A stretch of DNA of 63,481 nt, counting the filler. It is 5 parts of 5 records of this genome, joined end to end, with 100 filler letters (N's around TTAATTAATTAA, not from the genome) between each part and the next. Parts side by side here need not be neighbours in the genome. Positions count along the whole stretch, not along the records: positions 51,768 to 58,246 come from DRR378314_148; positions 58,347 to 63,481 come from DRR378314_208; 3 more parts are not named here. One strand, given 5' to 3'. Below the pieces are notes generated by a model. That model made no database searches. It was not told the DNA's origin and saw nothing but the letters and a program-made list of their open reading frames with translations. Made by a program: the position numbers and the translations under genes. Below are positions 51,768 through 63,200 of this stretch, one piece after another. The number at the start of each line of letters is the position of its first letter. The first letter of the stretch is position 1.

Positions 51768-52320
51768 GCTCGTATCTTCTTGTGTACTTTCCTGAGATTG
51801 TCTTCTGTTGTTCTCAGAGAGTCCATGTCTGTCCTCTGCGTATTGATTGGTGTTTGCGCTACCCTTGGAAACGTCCCGGCGATCAACGCGGAAGAGGGAG
51901 CCCTGCGCGACTTCCATGGAATGGCACAGCGCCTCGGTATCGTCACCATGCTCCTTTTGCCTTGCAGCAGTAAATGCATCCAAGTCGGCTCGGGTCAGCC
52001 CAAACATGGCAAAGAACTGACTGAGAAGGAACTTTCGCCTCGACGGCAGAAAGTCGACATTCTCACCCCTGTCGTTAACCTCCCAGAACTGGCTACTTGT
52101 GACTGCCTCGAGCTCGCCCCATATTCCCAACACCCGCTCTCGGGGCTCTTCAGCCATGTCAGTGTACACAGAGTGCGCAAAGGCTTCCTCTGAGAACTGT
52201 AAGTAGAGCGTAGCAAGCCTAATTTGCGCGCGTCGCACGCCGCGAAGTGTAACTTCGGCTCCCTTTCGCTCCGCGAGGTCATCAACAGTAAGAAAGATGC
52301 GCAGGACATCCGAATGGCAT
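51768..52320 (-). CDS. Downstream exon of the eukaryotic multi-DUF2254-like gene (end of repeat 3; 3' truncated)
   Basis: CHSDVLRIFLTVDD...LRGVRRAQ...FWEVNDRG.N.DF matches the C-terminal part of repeats 1 and 2; no stop before the linker. Confidence 0.85.
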
Positions 52321-52689
52321 CTACAGCCACACGAAGAGCAACGCATTGTGGAGTGAAAAAGAAGTGTTGAATAGATGCAGCACCATACAGGAGAAAGAAT
52401 AGGGCGCAAACGCTTCTGCTCGGAGCTTCAGGGTTGCATGATCGGTAAGGAGGCTCTCGCAGGGCCGACACACACGCGTGGTGCAAAAGCGGTACTTTCG
52501 GAAAGCAGTGTTCCGGCTGCCATTTCACAGAATAGCAATTCTACCGACGGGACGAGCAATCTATATAGGCTCGTTGCCCCTTCTGCGCACGAATTCCAGA
52601 AGAATATCGCAAGTGCGATTAGCCGGGTTACTCTACGCACACCTTGCTGAACTTCATAAATTTTTACAGCACGAGATTTACAAACGCAC
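52321..52689 (-). other. Spliceosomal GT-AG intron, 369 nt, phase 2
   Basis: Donor GG|GTGCGT at 52689; pyrimidine-rich 3' part; acceptor TGTAG|A at 52321; contains the in-frame stop at 52428; splicing gives VAFRANRGCH, colinear with VAFEIKNPCH of repeat 2. Confidence 0.85.
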
Positions 52690-55600
52690 CCTCGGTTCGC
52701 CCGGAAAGCAACTTCTGCGATAGAGGCGAGATCGTGCGCGATAATCTCAACGATGAAGTGGTGCCCCCGCTCTAAGCACTGCAGCGCGTAGTACCGGAGG
52801 TATTCACAAATATTCACGACTCGTTTTTCGCGCTGTTTCCGTCCCGCACGCTGTGCTGTCTGCACAATTGAATTGCGTTGCGATACAGTAACTTTGTCGA
52901 AGAGGAGAAACTCGGCGAGCGACCGGTATTGGAAGAGCGCATTGTACATTCCGCGAACGTCGCTGGCGTTCATGGCCACACGAAACGCGGAGTTGAAGAA
53001 CACAACGACAGTATCTAGGGCCGCCATGTCTCCATTCTGGGCAAATCCTTCCGCTAAAATGCGCAAGTTGATGGCGATTTGGTATGCGGTTTCTTTCATG
53101 CGCACCGTGGCTTCGCGAAAGAGCAAGAGCAATTGGCGAAGGAGTTTCCACTCGACCCACGTTCGCTGACTCGCGATCGTCTCTCTGACAATGTCGCCAA
53201 GATTCACAAAGTCTGCCGAGTACCGCAGAGATTCCTCGAGGTCAAACCACGGGCGCGGGAGCTTATCCTTGAGTCGTGAGTATTGCATTCCCAGATTTGC
53301 CAACGCGTCGACGCACGAAAACGCGTTTTGCCTATCCCTACCGTGAATGGCACTCATGCAAAAGTCGGCCAGCTGTTCAGCGACGTGGCACAGCTCCTGC
53401 TGCTGCAACCGCACGACCGCTGTCCTGTCCTTTGCCTTCTCAGTTGCGGCAGCGAGGTCACGCAATGGCCCAACAATGCCGTGTAAGATCCGCCGCACAA
53501 GATCTCCTTGGTCAAGAAAAGAGAAGAGGTGGTAAAAATACGGGAGAATGAGAATGAGAGACAATGTCAAGTGAATGTTCGTCATTAATACTGCGACGCG
53601 CGGGGAGTGCGCGCTCACCGAGCTATAGTTTGCGGCAAGCACCAACATGTTGCCGAAAATCATATAGACAAGAGCGCCCCGGATAGTTCGATCTTCGAAA
53701 AACAGCTTCAGAGAGCTCTGAATGAATCGCGGGTGCGTACTCGAGATCTGGAGAACAATCAGTGAAACGGTAACTACTAGCGATGTGACTGCGACGGTAA
53801 CTTTTGCGATCACCGCCGATACGACTTTGCAGTGCTCGCTATCTGCTTCGGCAAAGAAGAGCGAAAACGGAGTCCACAGCGAGACTCGCTCGTCGGAAGA
53901 AAGATACGCCATATCAATACCAAATCCGATACCCCAGAGAAGGATAGCAAGAAGCGGGAGTAAGAGAACAAATCCTCTCAAATTTCCCGCCGACACACGA
54001 AATGTGGACGCAGCAAGGCGATACGCCTGCCAGGCGTCCGCGTCGTACGTCGATGGGGCGTGCTCTGCCTCGAACGTAACCGACGCAAGCCGCCGAGCGG
54101 CAGTCTCCGCGACCAGGCTGTCCGGGATCGCGGGGAGCGTCTTTTTTGCGAGAGGAACATACGCATGAGAGTCCGCGTCCGCGTCTGCCTGTGCGGCTGC
54201 TGCACTTCCAATACCATCGAACATACAGAAGAAGGACGGGAGGCACCGCTTCTGCTCGGGTGAAAGGTAGTCGAGGTGGATACCGCGGTCGTTGACTTCC
54301 CAGTAGCTGGGTGACCGCACCCGGAGCAGCTCTCTCCATATGAGCTTCAGGCGGTGCGTCGGTTCGACAATCATGTCTTTGTAGACCTCGCGCGCAAGGT
54401 CCGGTCGCTCGTGCATAAGATAAACGGTTGCAAGCCCCACCTGTGCTCGACGAATGCCGCGGAGTGCGGGCTCGCGCCGATTCGTCTCGGCCAGATCGTC
54501 CAGCGTTAACAAAATGCCGAGTAGGAAAGGATGGCAGGGGTTTTTGATTTCAAAAGCCACGCGGCAGAGTGCAGCAACATCGTGTGCAATTACTTCTGCA
54601 ACGAAATTCATTGCACCTGTTTCCAGAATCACTGTGGCATAGTACCGCAAAAAGGTACCAATGCTGGCAACAAGCCAGTGGCTCGCCGCGCCTGAGAGTG
54701 CCGCATCAGGATCCGCGCGCAACAGCTGTTCCGCAATCTGCCGGTACTGATTCAACGTGCTGTACGCAAGGCGCACGTTTCGATGCGCAATTGCGTGCCG
54801 GAGGAACGTGTTCATGAATCGGAGCGTCAGCTCCAAGAGCTCTCCCGACCCTTCCTTTGCTGCGTGCTTTGCAATATTTCGAGTTTCAATCAATACGTAT
54901 AAGCACACCTCGTGCGCATCTCGCTGTGCTTCCTGGATCGTCAGCAAGAAATGGTGCATCACCTTCCACTCTAGCCACAGCTTCGAGGCACGCAAGCGGT
55001 CGACCGAGAGCTCGGAGAGGCTGATAAAGTCCGGACGCGAAAGAACCGCGCCAGACACCGCAAACCACGCTTTCGGAAGGCACACTTGCGCACTGTGGCA
55101 CCTGCATGCGAATTCAGACAGGTGGCGAACGCACTGAACGGCGTCCAGCGTATTCTTTTGCTGTAAAGCGTGCCCGCAGAAATCGGCGATCCGCTCCACG
55201 TCGGAGAGAAGGGCGAGCGCCTGCTCTTCGACAGAGGCATCGCTTTGCAGCTTGCCACGCGCGTGTCTCTGCATTGTTTTATGCAGGCGTACTTCCAAGC
55301 CACGAGCAACACGGCGAGCTATGCGTGCGTTCTCCACAAAGTTCGCAAAGTATCCGAAATATGGAATTGTAGTTGCTAGCGCGGCGCAGCAAAGCACGAG
55401 GCTGGCAAGCGACTGAACACCAGGAGCAGCGCCGCTTGCGGAGAGTACGCGCGCGCAGGCGGCAAAGAGGTTGGCTGAAACGACCAGCGAAATAACGAAA
55501 ACAACTGCAGGATCGCGAAAAAAGTAGTGGCTGATATGTGGAAGTGTCCGCGAGGCGGCAACTTGTAGCCCAATCATAGATGAAAGCACCAACAGCGAGA

Positions 55601-58246
55601 GGACAGTCCCGGCTACTTCGATATGCACCCCCATCGAGTCTTGCCACTGTGCCAGCGTACGCTCGGCAGTCATGTCGGCAAGAATTGCAATGCCCCCTGC
55701 GTCAATCCATACAAGCCCAACATAGGCAAGAATGCACGATAGTGCGAGCAATAGAAGTAGACGTCCTGACCCTCGGCGATGAAACCAGCCACGCGCCACG
55801 CGCAGAGCGCGCGCTGTTGCTGGCGCGAACGCTGCAGCGGACCAATGCGCCCTCCTCACCGAGAGTGCATCCGAGGCCTTTCGATTGGCGCGGCGCTTTC
55901 CGTGCACCTGAGTCTCTCCTTTTTCGTTGTGCTTTGTCGATGATGCGAATGTGTGGCCGTACTCGCTGTTTTGCATTGTTGATTCCTGGGGGCTGTGGGA
56001 AGTACTTTGCGCCGGAGAAGCCAAGTATACACTGCCGTGCGCGTCCCCTTCCGCAGCATCGTGAACAAAACTTAGGCCCAGTCCCATAGAGAGCGCCGAA
56101 CCTGCTCTGCCCAGCGCGATTCCCCTTGCCGACGACTCGATGTCATCGGAATTCTCGAAAAGATTGTCAGGTCGTCCTGTATCCCAGCCAACCGCTTCGT
56201 TTCTGCCTTCTATTTCACCGGGCTGCGAATCTACAAAAGGGAGATGCGTCGGTGCAGTATTTATCGCTTTGGTGACGTCGATGCTGTGCGCAGATGGATG
56301 AGCGCTTTCCGCACCGCCTTCCTCTCCCGTACCGGCGCCATCGGCCGCACCAACGCCAGGCAGTGCCTCGTGCGTAGTGTTTTTCTTGCCACAGGAAGGA
56401 GCGCGCGAGTCTCCTTCTTCGATCTTCGCCATGCACGGCGATGCACTCAACACGGACGCAGCGTGCGCGTGCCTCCCCGGAGATTGGTCGCGCGCGAAGC
56501 TCGGAAGCAAGGCAAAGAACGGTCCGAAGAACGGACGCAGCTCGGGCGGGACGTAATCGACATTTCGTCCTCGCTCAGTTATCTCCCAGAACTCGGGTTT
56601 TTCATTATCCTCGAGATGCATCTCGCTCCAGAGCAACTGGAGGCGCTCGTACGGCTCAATGAGGAGATCGTCGGCAATGGTTTTGGCAAACGCCTCCTCA
56701 CCCTTCATCATGTAAAACGCTGCATGTTTGATCTGAGCCCTCCGGATACCCCTAAGTACAAGATCCTGCTCGCGGGTGCGCGCAAAGTCATCCACAAGCA
56801 TGAACACTCCTAGAATTCGCACGTGTGCGGACACATCTTGTTCGTATGCAAATTGGCAGAGATCACGAATGTCGTGCGCAATAATCTCAGACACGGTGGT
56901 GGTTCCCATCTCGATGGCAAGGTTTGAATAGTACTGCAGCGACAAGGATGTTTGCACCACAAAATCTTCGAGCTCATCGGCGCCTGGTCGTGTTCGTCGT
57001 GGCTTGTTCTCATCATGTGCGTTTCCCTCTGTGGTGCGGAGTTTCTGCGAGGAGGGCGGCGGTGTCGAGGAGTTGAGTTGCTGGGGCTCGGCACGAATAC
57101 CAGAGGAGCCACTCTCGAGCGAACATGCCTGTGTGCGGGATTCTCCGTGCGACATTGTGTGCGCTGGCTCCATGGAGGGCGTCATATCCACCTGCAAAGA
57201 GATCGCAAACATGCCAAGCTTCCGGAGTTGATTGGACACAGCCGACGCTGCCAGGCCCGCGCGGCAATTGAGAGTCACGCGAAACATGGTATTCAGCCCT
57301 TTCAGCGCCAATGCTGCCATGCCGACATCGCCCAAGGCCAGCGCGCATTCAGCCAGACGGCGGCAGCGGCTTGCAATCAGCCCGCATAAATCGCGTAAGC
57401 GCGCGCGGACTGCCTTGTCGTATAGCGGCAGCATTTGTCGGATAACTTTAAAGGCCACCTCGTGTCCGCTGTGAATGAGGGTGTTGAACGCATCCTCTGT
57501 AAGGGAGGTAAAGTCCGGTGCTTGTCGGAGAGCGACGAGAGTCTCCGCTGGCAGGACCACCTCCAAGCGACCGAGCGCGCGGGCGCGCATCTCGTGCAGC
57601 GTGGCAATTTCCACCATTGCCTCCATGGATGATGTGACGCCAATGCGGTCCATGTGCCGTTGTGATGACATGGCCAAGTCAGAGAGCCGATCGATAGTGT
57701 CGAACACTGTGGACAATGTCGCGTCGCAGTCGGGCGCGTGCTGCGCGCGGTTGGCGCGAGAAACTATGCGCGATACAATCACTTCGGGCTGTAGGAGACG
57801 GAAGAGATACGCAAAGAAGGGAAATAGCAGGACGATCGACACAGAGAAAAGTCCAAGGGCGATCAAGAGCCCGGTTCGTGGGACAAAGTCTCTACCTGTT
57901 ACTAGTGACAGAATCAGCGAGAACGCGTTTCCTGTGACCGCCAGCACGAGAAAGGCCACGATAATACCGTCCTGGAAAAATATACTGGCAATATGGGGCA
58001 TGAAGCGCCCCATCGAAATCTGAAGAACAATGGCGGAGACGGAATACAGGATCCCGAGAGTACCGATCATGACTTTTGACAAATTGCTAAGGACACCAAA
58101 TACGTCACCGTCGTCCATCGTGTGCAAGTGGTGTCTGATACGCTCGATAGCCGATGAAGTGCTCCACTGCGATTCGCTCACGCCGGCGGAGCGCGCCCCT
58201 GCGCTTGATATGACCGCAATGACGGTCCCGACGAACGCAATTGAGA
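52690..58246 (-). CDS. Upstream exon of a eukaryotic membrane protein with at least three tandem DUF2254-like modules (5' truncated)
   Basis: Frame is open from the contig edge (SIAFVGTVIAVISS...); three copies of IVLQIS..R..P....FF.D TM block + DF.SL, W.EWK, N..FR, YY, EIIAHD; separated by low-complexity linkers. Confidence 0.85.
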
Positions 58247-58346
58247 NNNNNNNNNNNNNNNNNNNNNNNNNNNNNNNNNNNNNNNNNNNNTTAATTAATT
58301 AANNNNNNNNNNNNNNNNNNNNNNNNNNNNNNNNNNNNNNNNNNNN
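58247..58346. other. Artificial contig linker
   Basis: 44 N + TTAATTAATTAA + 44 N. Confidence 0.99.
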
Positions 58347-58491
58347 TGCCGGAGTGGGGCTACGTATTTTTATGCCAGCATTTGGATTATTGGGAATTGA
58401 TTTTGGATATGGATTTGATCAAGATTATAACCCCAATTCATCAGGACCTAGCGGTTGGCAAACCCACTTCATCATTGGACAACAGTTTTAA
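58347..58491 (+). CDS. bamA: BamA outer-membrane assembly factor, 3' end only
   Basis: Reads AGVGLRIFMPAFGLLGIDFGYGFD...WQTHFIIGQQF*, a Bacteroidota BamA C-terminus, upstream of two skp genes. Confidence 0.9.
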
Positions 58492-58590
58492 TATATAGAA
58501 ATTTGCAATTGTTTTATATGTTAAATGGTTCATTCTAAAATATTTAGTTATTTTGGCACGATATTTTCTATAGTATAAAAAGAAGATAGC

Positions 58591-59436
58591 ATGGGAATTA
58601 AATCAAAAGTACTTTTGTTTCTAGTTGTAACTATGTTTGCTGCTACAATTTCGGCTCAAAGGACAATTAGGATAGGTTATGTGGATATGGAATATATCCT
58701 GGAGAATGTAGAGGAGTACAGGGAGGCCAATGAGCAATTGGCGGCCAAGGTGCAGAAATGGAAATTGGAACTGGATAAGGAGAAGGGGGTAATTGATCAG
58801 ATGAAGAAGGATTTAATGGCAGAGAAAGTGCTGTTAACGGAGGAATTGATTTCCGAAAGGCAAGAAGAGATCCAAATCTTGGAAAAGGAGATGTTCGATT
58901 ATCAACAGGATAGATTTGGTCCGGAAGGAGATCTGGTGCTTCAGAAAAGAAGATTGATACAACCAATTCAAGATCAGGTTTTCAATGAGGTGCAGAAAAT
59001 AGGTGCAAATAAAAAATATGATTTTATTTTTGATAAATCGGCAGATGTTGTAATGTTGTATTCCGAGAAAAGACACGATATTAGCGATCTTGTTTTAAGG
59101 GGGATTTCGAGGACTAGAAAAATAAGCGCACCTAGGAATAAGCAGAATGCCAGAAATAGTTTCGAAGATATAGAGGATGAGGATACGGAAGAAATTATTA
59201 GTGATGCCATTTTAGAACGTCAAGAGAGGGCAAAGCAGGCGGAAGAGGCAAGGACGAAGACTGCAGAGGAAAACCGGGCAGAGCAGCTCAGGATTCGTGA
59301 GGAACGTAAAAAGGCATATGAAGAGAGAAGGAAAAAGTTGTTGGAAGAAAGGGAAGCCAAAAGGAAGAAGGAATTAGAGGAAAGAAGTAACAAAAACGAC
59401 TCGGAAGAAGAGGAAAGTACAAAGGACGAAGAATAA
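58591..59436 (+). CDS. skp: OmpH/Skp chaperone with long charged C-terminal extension
   Basis: Signal peptide; IGYVDMEYIL, FGPEG.L, PIQDQV, YDFIFDK, DISD.V; E/K/R-rich tail. Confidence 0.9.
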   Translation: MGIKSKVLLFLVVTMFAATISAQRTIRIGYVDMEYILENVEEYREANEQLAAKVQKWKLELDKEKGVIDQMKKDLMAEKVLLTEELISERQEEIQILEKEMFDYQQDRFGPEGDLVLQKRRLIQPIQDQVFNEVQKIGANKKYDFIFDKSADVVMLYSEKRHDISDLVLRGISRTRKISAPRNKQNARNSFEDIEDEDTEEIISDAILERQERAKQAEEARTKTAEENRAEQLRIREERKKAYEERRKKLLEEREAKRKKELEERSNKNDSEEEESTKDEE

Positions 59437-59510
59437 TTAAATTAAGCTTAAACCAAATTACATTTATATAACTAAATCTTTAAATTAACACTCAAACATT
59501 AATTAAAATC

Positions 59511-60020
59511 ATGAAACAAATTAAAAAAATAGCAGTAGCCATAGTTTTGTTCGTAGCAGCTACTAGTTTTGTTAATGCACAGGCGAAAATTGCACATATA
59601 GATGTACAGAAATTGTTGTCTGAAATGCCGGAGATGAAAGCAGCCGAAGCGGAACTTAAGAAATTACAGGAAACGTATAGGGCGGATATTGAAAGTTCCA
59701 TGACCGAACTTCAAAATAAGTATACCCAATATAAAAATGAGTCATCTTCAAAGTCTGAAGAGGAAAATCAGAAAAGAGCTTTGGAATTACAAGGTTTTGA
59801 GAAAAATATTGGGGAGGCACAACAGACTGCCCAACAAGAATTACAAAAGAAACAAGGAGAACTTTTAGGCCCTATCACCGAAAAGGCCAAAAAGGCAATC
59901 GAGTCTGTGGCAGCTGCCCAAGGAATTGACTACGTTATGGATGCTACCCAAGGTAGTGGACTTATCGTGGCCAAAGGGAAAGATATTTTGCCAGAGGTTA
60001 AGAAGCAATTAGGGTTCTAA
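59511..60020 (+). CDS. skp: OmpH/Skp chaperone
   Basis: AQAKIAHID...LL.EMPE, coiled coil, YVMD, DILPEVKKQLGF. Confidence 0.92.
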   Translation: MKQIKKIAVAIVLFVAATSFVNAQAKIAHIDVQKLLSEMPEMKAAEAELKKLQETYRADIESSMTELQNKYTQYKNESSSKSEEENQKRALELQGFEKNIGEAQQTAQQELQKKQGELLGPITEKAKKAIESVAAAQGIDYVMDATQGSGLIVAKGKDILPEVKKQLGF

Positions 60021-60043
60021 TCCAGCAATAAAATTTTATAATG

Positions 60044-60078
60044 AAGAGGCCGTCCAATTTCTATTGGACGGCCTCTTT
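60044..60078 (+). terminator. Intrinsic terminator of bamA-skp-skp
   Basis: AAGAGGCCGTCCAAT-TTCT-ATTGGACGGCCTCTTT, 15-bp stem. Confidence 0.85.
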
Positions 60079-60096
60079 GTGTGTAGGAGTCGCGAG

Positions 60097-60140
60097 TCTG
60101 CCTCGCCGTCAGGCAGGCCTGCCTTAGTCGGCCAGACAGG
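60097..60140. repeat. Two tandem CCTGCC...GGCAGG-type palindromic units
   Basis: TCTGCCTCGCCGTCAGGCAGG + CCTGCCTTAGTCGGCCAGACAGG. Confidence 0.65.
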
Positions 60141-60163
60141 TGTCAGACTTCGTGCCTATAAAG

Positions 60164-60236
60164 ATTACTCCCCTCCTTGGGGTCCACGCACGCAATTGCG
60201 ATTAAATTACTCCCCCCCTCCTTGGGAGGGGGGGAG
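60164..60236. repeat. GC-rich REP-like hairpin with a partial duplicate
   Basis: CTCCCCCCCTCC-TTG-GGAGGGGGGGAG perfect 12-bp stem at 60210-60236; partial copy ATTACTCCCCTCCTTGGGG at 60164. Confidence 0.6.
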
Positions 60237-60259
60237 GTCCATTTCAAGGAGATTTATTG

Positions 60260-63200
60260 TTATTCCGTTGTTACCTTTAGGGTTTCTAAATAGGCTACCA
60301 AATCTACCAAGTCTTCCTCCGGCATAATATTGGCCAAGCCTTCTGTCATTAGTGATTGTTCCAGGGCGTCCTGTTCGCTTATATCCTGCAATTCCAAGAT
60401 CTTTTGGGTGCCTCCCATCATTTTTATGGTTATTTCATCCTCTGTCCTGCTTAAGATGTATCCTGTATAAGTTTTTCCATCTTTCATTTTAAAAGAGTAA
60501 CCTTCAAAACCAAAATTGATTCCAGCACTGGGATATATAATATTGGAGTATAAAAATTGCTTCGAAAGTTTATTGCCTATATCGGATAATTCCGGTCCAA
60601 ATTCAATTCCTGTACCTGCAGCCATATGACAGGAACTGCAATAGGTGGCGTAAACTTCCTTCCCGTGGGTAGCATTGCCCTTGCGTTCTACCAATTTGGA
60701 AATATCCAGGGCTCCATCCCCTTGAGCGGTTAAGAATTTAGGGGCATTGGTTCTTATCTCATTGTTCCAGCTGGTCATAAGTTTTAGGACTGTTGTTGTT
60801 TTAAATTCTTCCGCCAATCTGTCCTCCTTTAACATTTGGTATAATTCCTCCTGCCCGGATCCAGTATTACCCAGTGTTTCTATCATTTTTCTGGTAAGTG
60901 CATGACCTAATTCCTGGGAGGAAATATTCTCTTTTAGCAGTGCAATGGCCGTTGGATTGGATATTCCGCTTAGTCTCTCCAATATAACCATCTTGGAAGA
61001 TTCCGGTGCTTGGGAATGAAGGAACGTGCCTATCAATGTGGCCCCCTCATTGTTGAGAAGAAGGTTGGCGGCTTCCTTGCCAATATCAGTGTTGGACCCG
61101 TTGGCCAATACGCGAAACAGGGCCTCATTCTGGTTTTTTAACTCCAAGTTTTTGATGGCCATGATCCATTCCGGTGTTCCTTCAATTTTGGGAAGCACTT
61201 CTTTGACCAATTTAATATTTTTGGGCGAACTAGATACAAATTTGGCGTCCACTTGCCCTATAGCGTATGCCTGAATTTGGTTTTTAAGGGGATGGCTCCA
61301 AGTAAGCATGTCCATTAGGTAACTGTTTTTGCTAGGGTGATCTTTAAAATTGAGGGCCCTAAAATAGGAAGCTAATTTGGTAGATTGCACCTTCTGATCT
61401 TTGATTAGAGATACCAACATAGGAACCGATTCTTTGGCCCGGATGCGCCACACTATTTCTTTTCCGGCCTCACTTTGCCAGTTTTCCCCAACATTGCTTT
61501 TCCATGCATTAAAGTATAGTTCAGGAAATTTATCCGCCCCAATACCCAGGGCTTCCAAATACCATCTGTCACCAGCATTATGCTGAGCGGCTAAATGGGC
61601 CCATTGTTCGGCTGCTGTTTCAGTGCCTATAAATCTTAGTGCAATGGCTACTTCCCTTCTGACTTGTGCCGATTTATCGTCTGCTAAAAGGGATAAGTAT
61701 TTCTCCAGATTTTCTGTGCCTTTAAGTCTTGCCATTCGGATGCCCTGCATTCTATATTTGGGGTCTTCATCCATTAATGCTATTTCTATATAGTCGTTGC
61801 TTTTGGTAGGGATATACGAACCGATCCACAATGCCCGGGCTTTGGCTATACCCCCTTTGGCAATTAATTCGGATAAAAGGGGTTCGGCAGCTTCACCCAT
61901 GGAATGTAATTTTTGCCAGGATTGATAAAAGATGTCCATGTTTCCGGAAAGAAGTCCTTTAACTGCTCCATCTTGCGTCTTGGGGTCTATAGCAACTGGT
62001 CTATATTCCGGGGAAGTTGACAATCGGTAAATTCTTCCCCGTGCAATGTCTTCCGCCTTGTGTCCGCCAACGCCCCCATCATACCAATCGGAAATAAAAA
62101 GGGAGCCGTCGGGTGCAATGGTAACATCGTCCGGCCTAAACCAATTGTCTTTACTCTTTACCAGATTTTCAATTTTAGCGGAATAACCCGCTTCTGATTC
62201 GCTTATAATATAAGCACGGACCACATTATGGCCGGGTTCGGCATGTATGGGCTGGTTTTGAAATTTTTGAGGCAACATATTGTCCTCATAAAAAAGGATG
62301 CCACATGGGGATCCGGATCCGGTCTGTAGCAAATTGGGGACGGTTCCCGGGTCGTTTAAATGCCAATGCCTTTTGGGGATGTCGTTATCCCATCCTGTTC
62401 TTCTCTCCCGCCAGCTTGCACCCGACAACAAATCCCTATATCCATAATTGCCATATTCCATAACATAGTTTATTCGCGTCCCCCTATTGCCGTCATCATC
62501 ATTGTCAGATTGCCATAAACCGCCATAAGAATCAATAGTAATTTCATATGGGTTCCTAAAATTATGCCCTAAAACCTCCAGATTGGTTCCGTCCATATTC
62601 ATTCTAAAAGCCATCCCCTCCCTGTAGGGCTGGCCATCCGCCAATATTTTTTGACCATGCATGTCCATAACGGCCTCGCCATTTTTGTCCAATAATTGCT
62701 TGCCATTGTTGCCGAAGTTGAAATAAAGTCTACCATCTGGGCCAAAGACAAAAGCATGTACCCCGTGGTCGTGGTCTACCCCTTCTATGCCTTGGAAGAG
62801 TATTTCTTTTGAATCCGGTACATCATCCCCGTCCTCGTCGGTAAAGATGAAAACCTTGGGACTAACCGATATGATAACCTTATTTCCCAATACGGCTATG
62901 CCCAAAGCTGCATTGATGTCCTCTCCTTGGTAGAACACCTTGGAAGTATCGGCTTTGCCATCTCCATCGGTGTCTTCAAGAATTAGGATGCGATCCCCGC
63001 TATCGTCATAGGTATTATCAGGATTGGCGAACAATCTGTAATTCCGCGCTTCACAGACCCATATTCTACCTTTGGCATCTATGGCCATATTGGTAGGGTT
63101 TGTGACCATAGGTTCCGAAGCAAATAGCCCAAGATTTAATCCTTCCGCTACCTCCATGGAGGCCAGGGCAAACTCGGGATTTCTTTTTTCCTGTTCTGAA

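Noticed and set aside
52428-52689. Stop at 52428 as the true protein end or a pseudogene lesion
   Set aside because: It lies inside a GT-AG intron whose removal restores a gap-free repeat alignment
56960-57200. Ser/Pro-rich insertion in repeat 1 as a second, in-frame intron
   Set aside because: No stop codon and no convincing donor/acceptor pair; more likely a disordered loop, though RNA data are needed to exclude it
26857-58346. Recurrent TTAATTAATTAA palindromes within N-runs as a biological repeat
   Set aside because: Identical 100-nt synthetic spacers with six-frame stops; ORF ends falling inside them (26912, 51720, 58302) are artefacts
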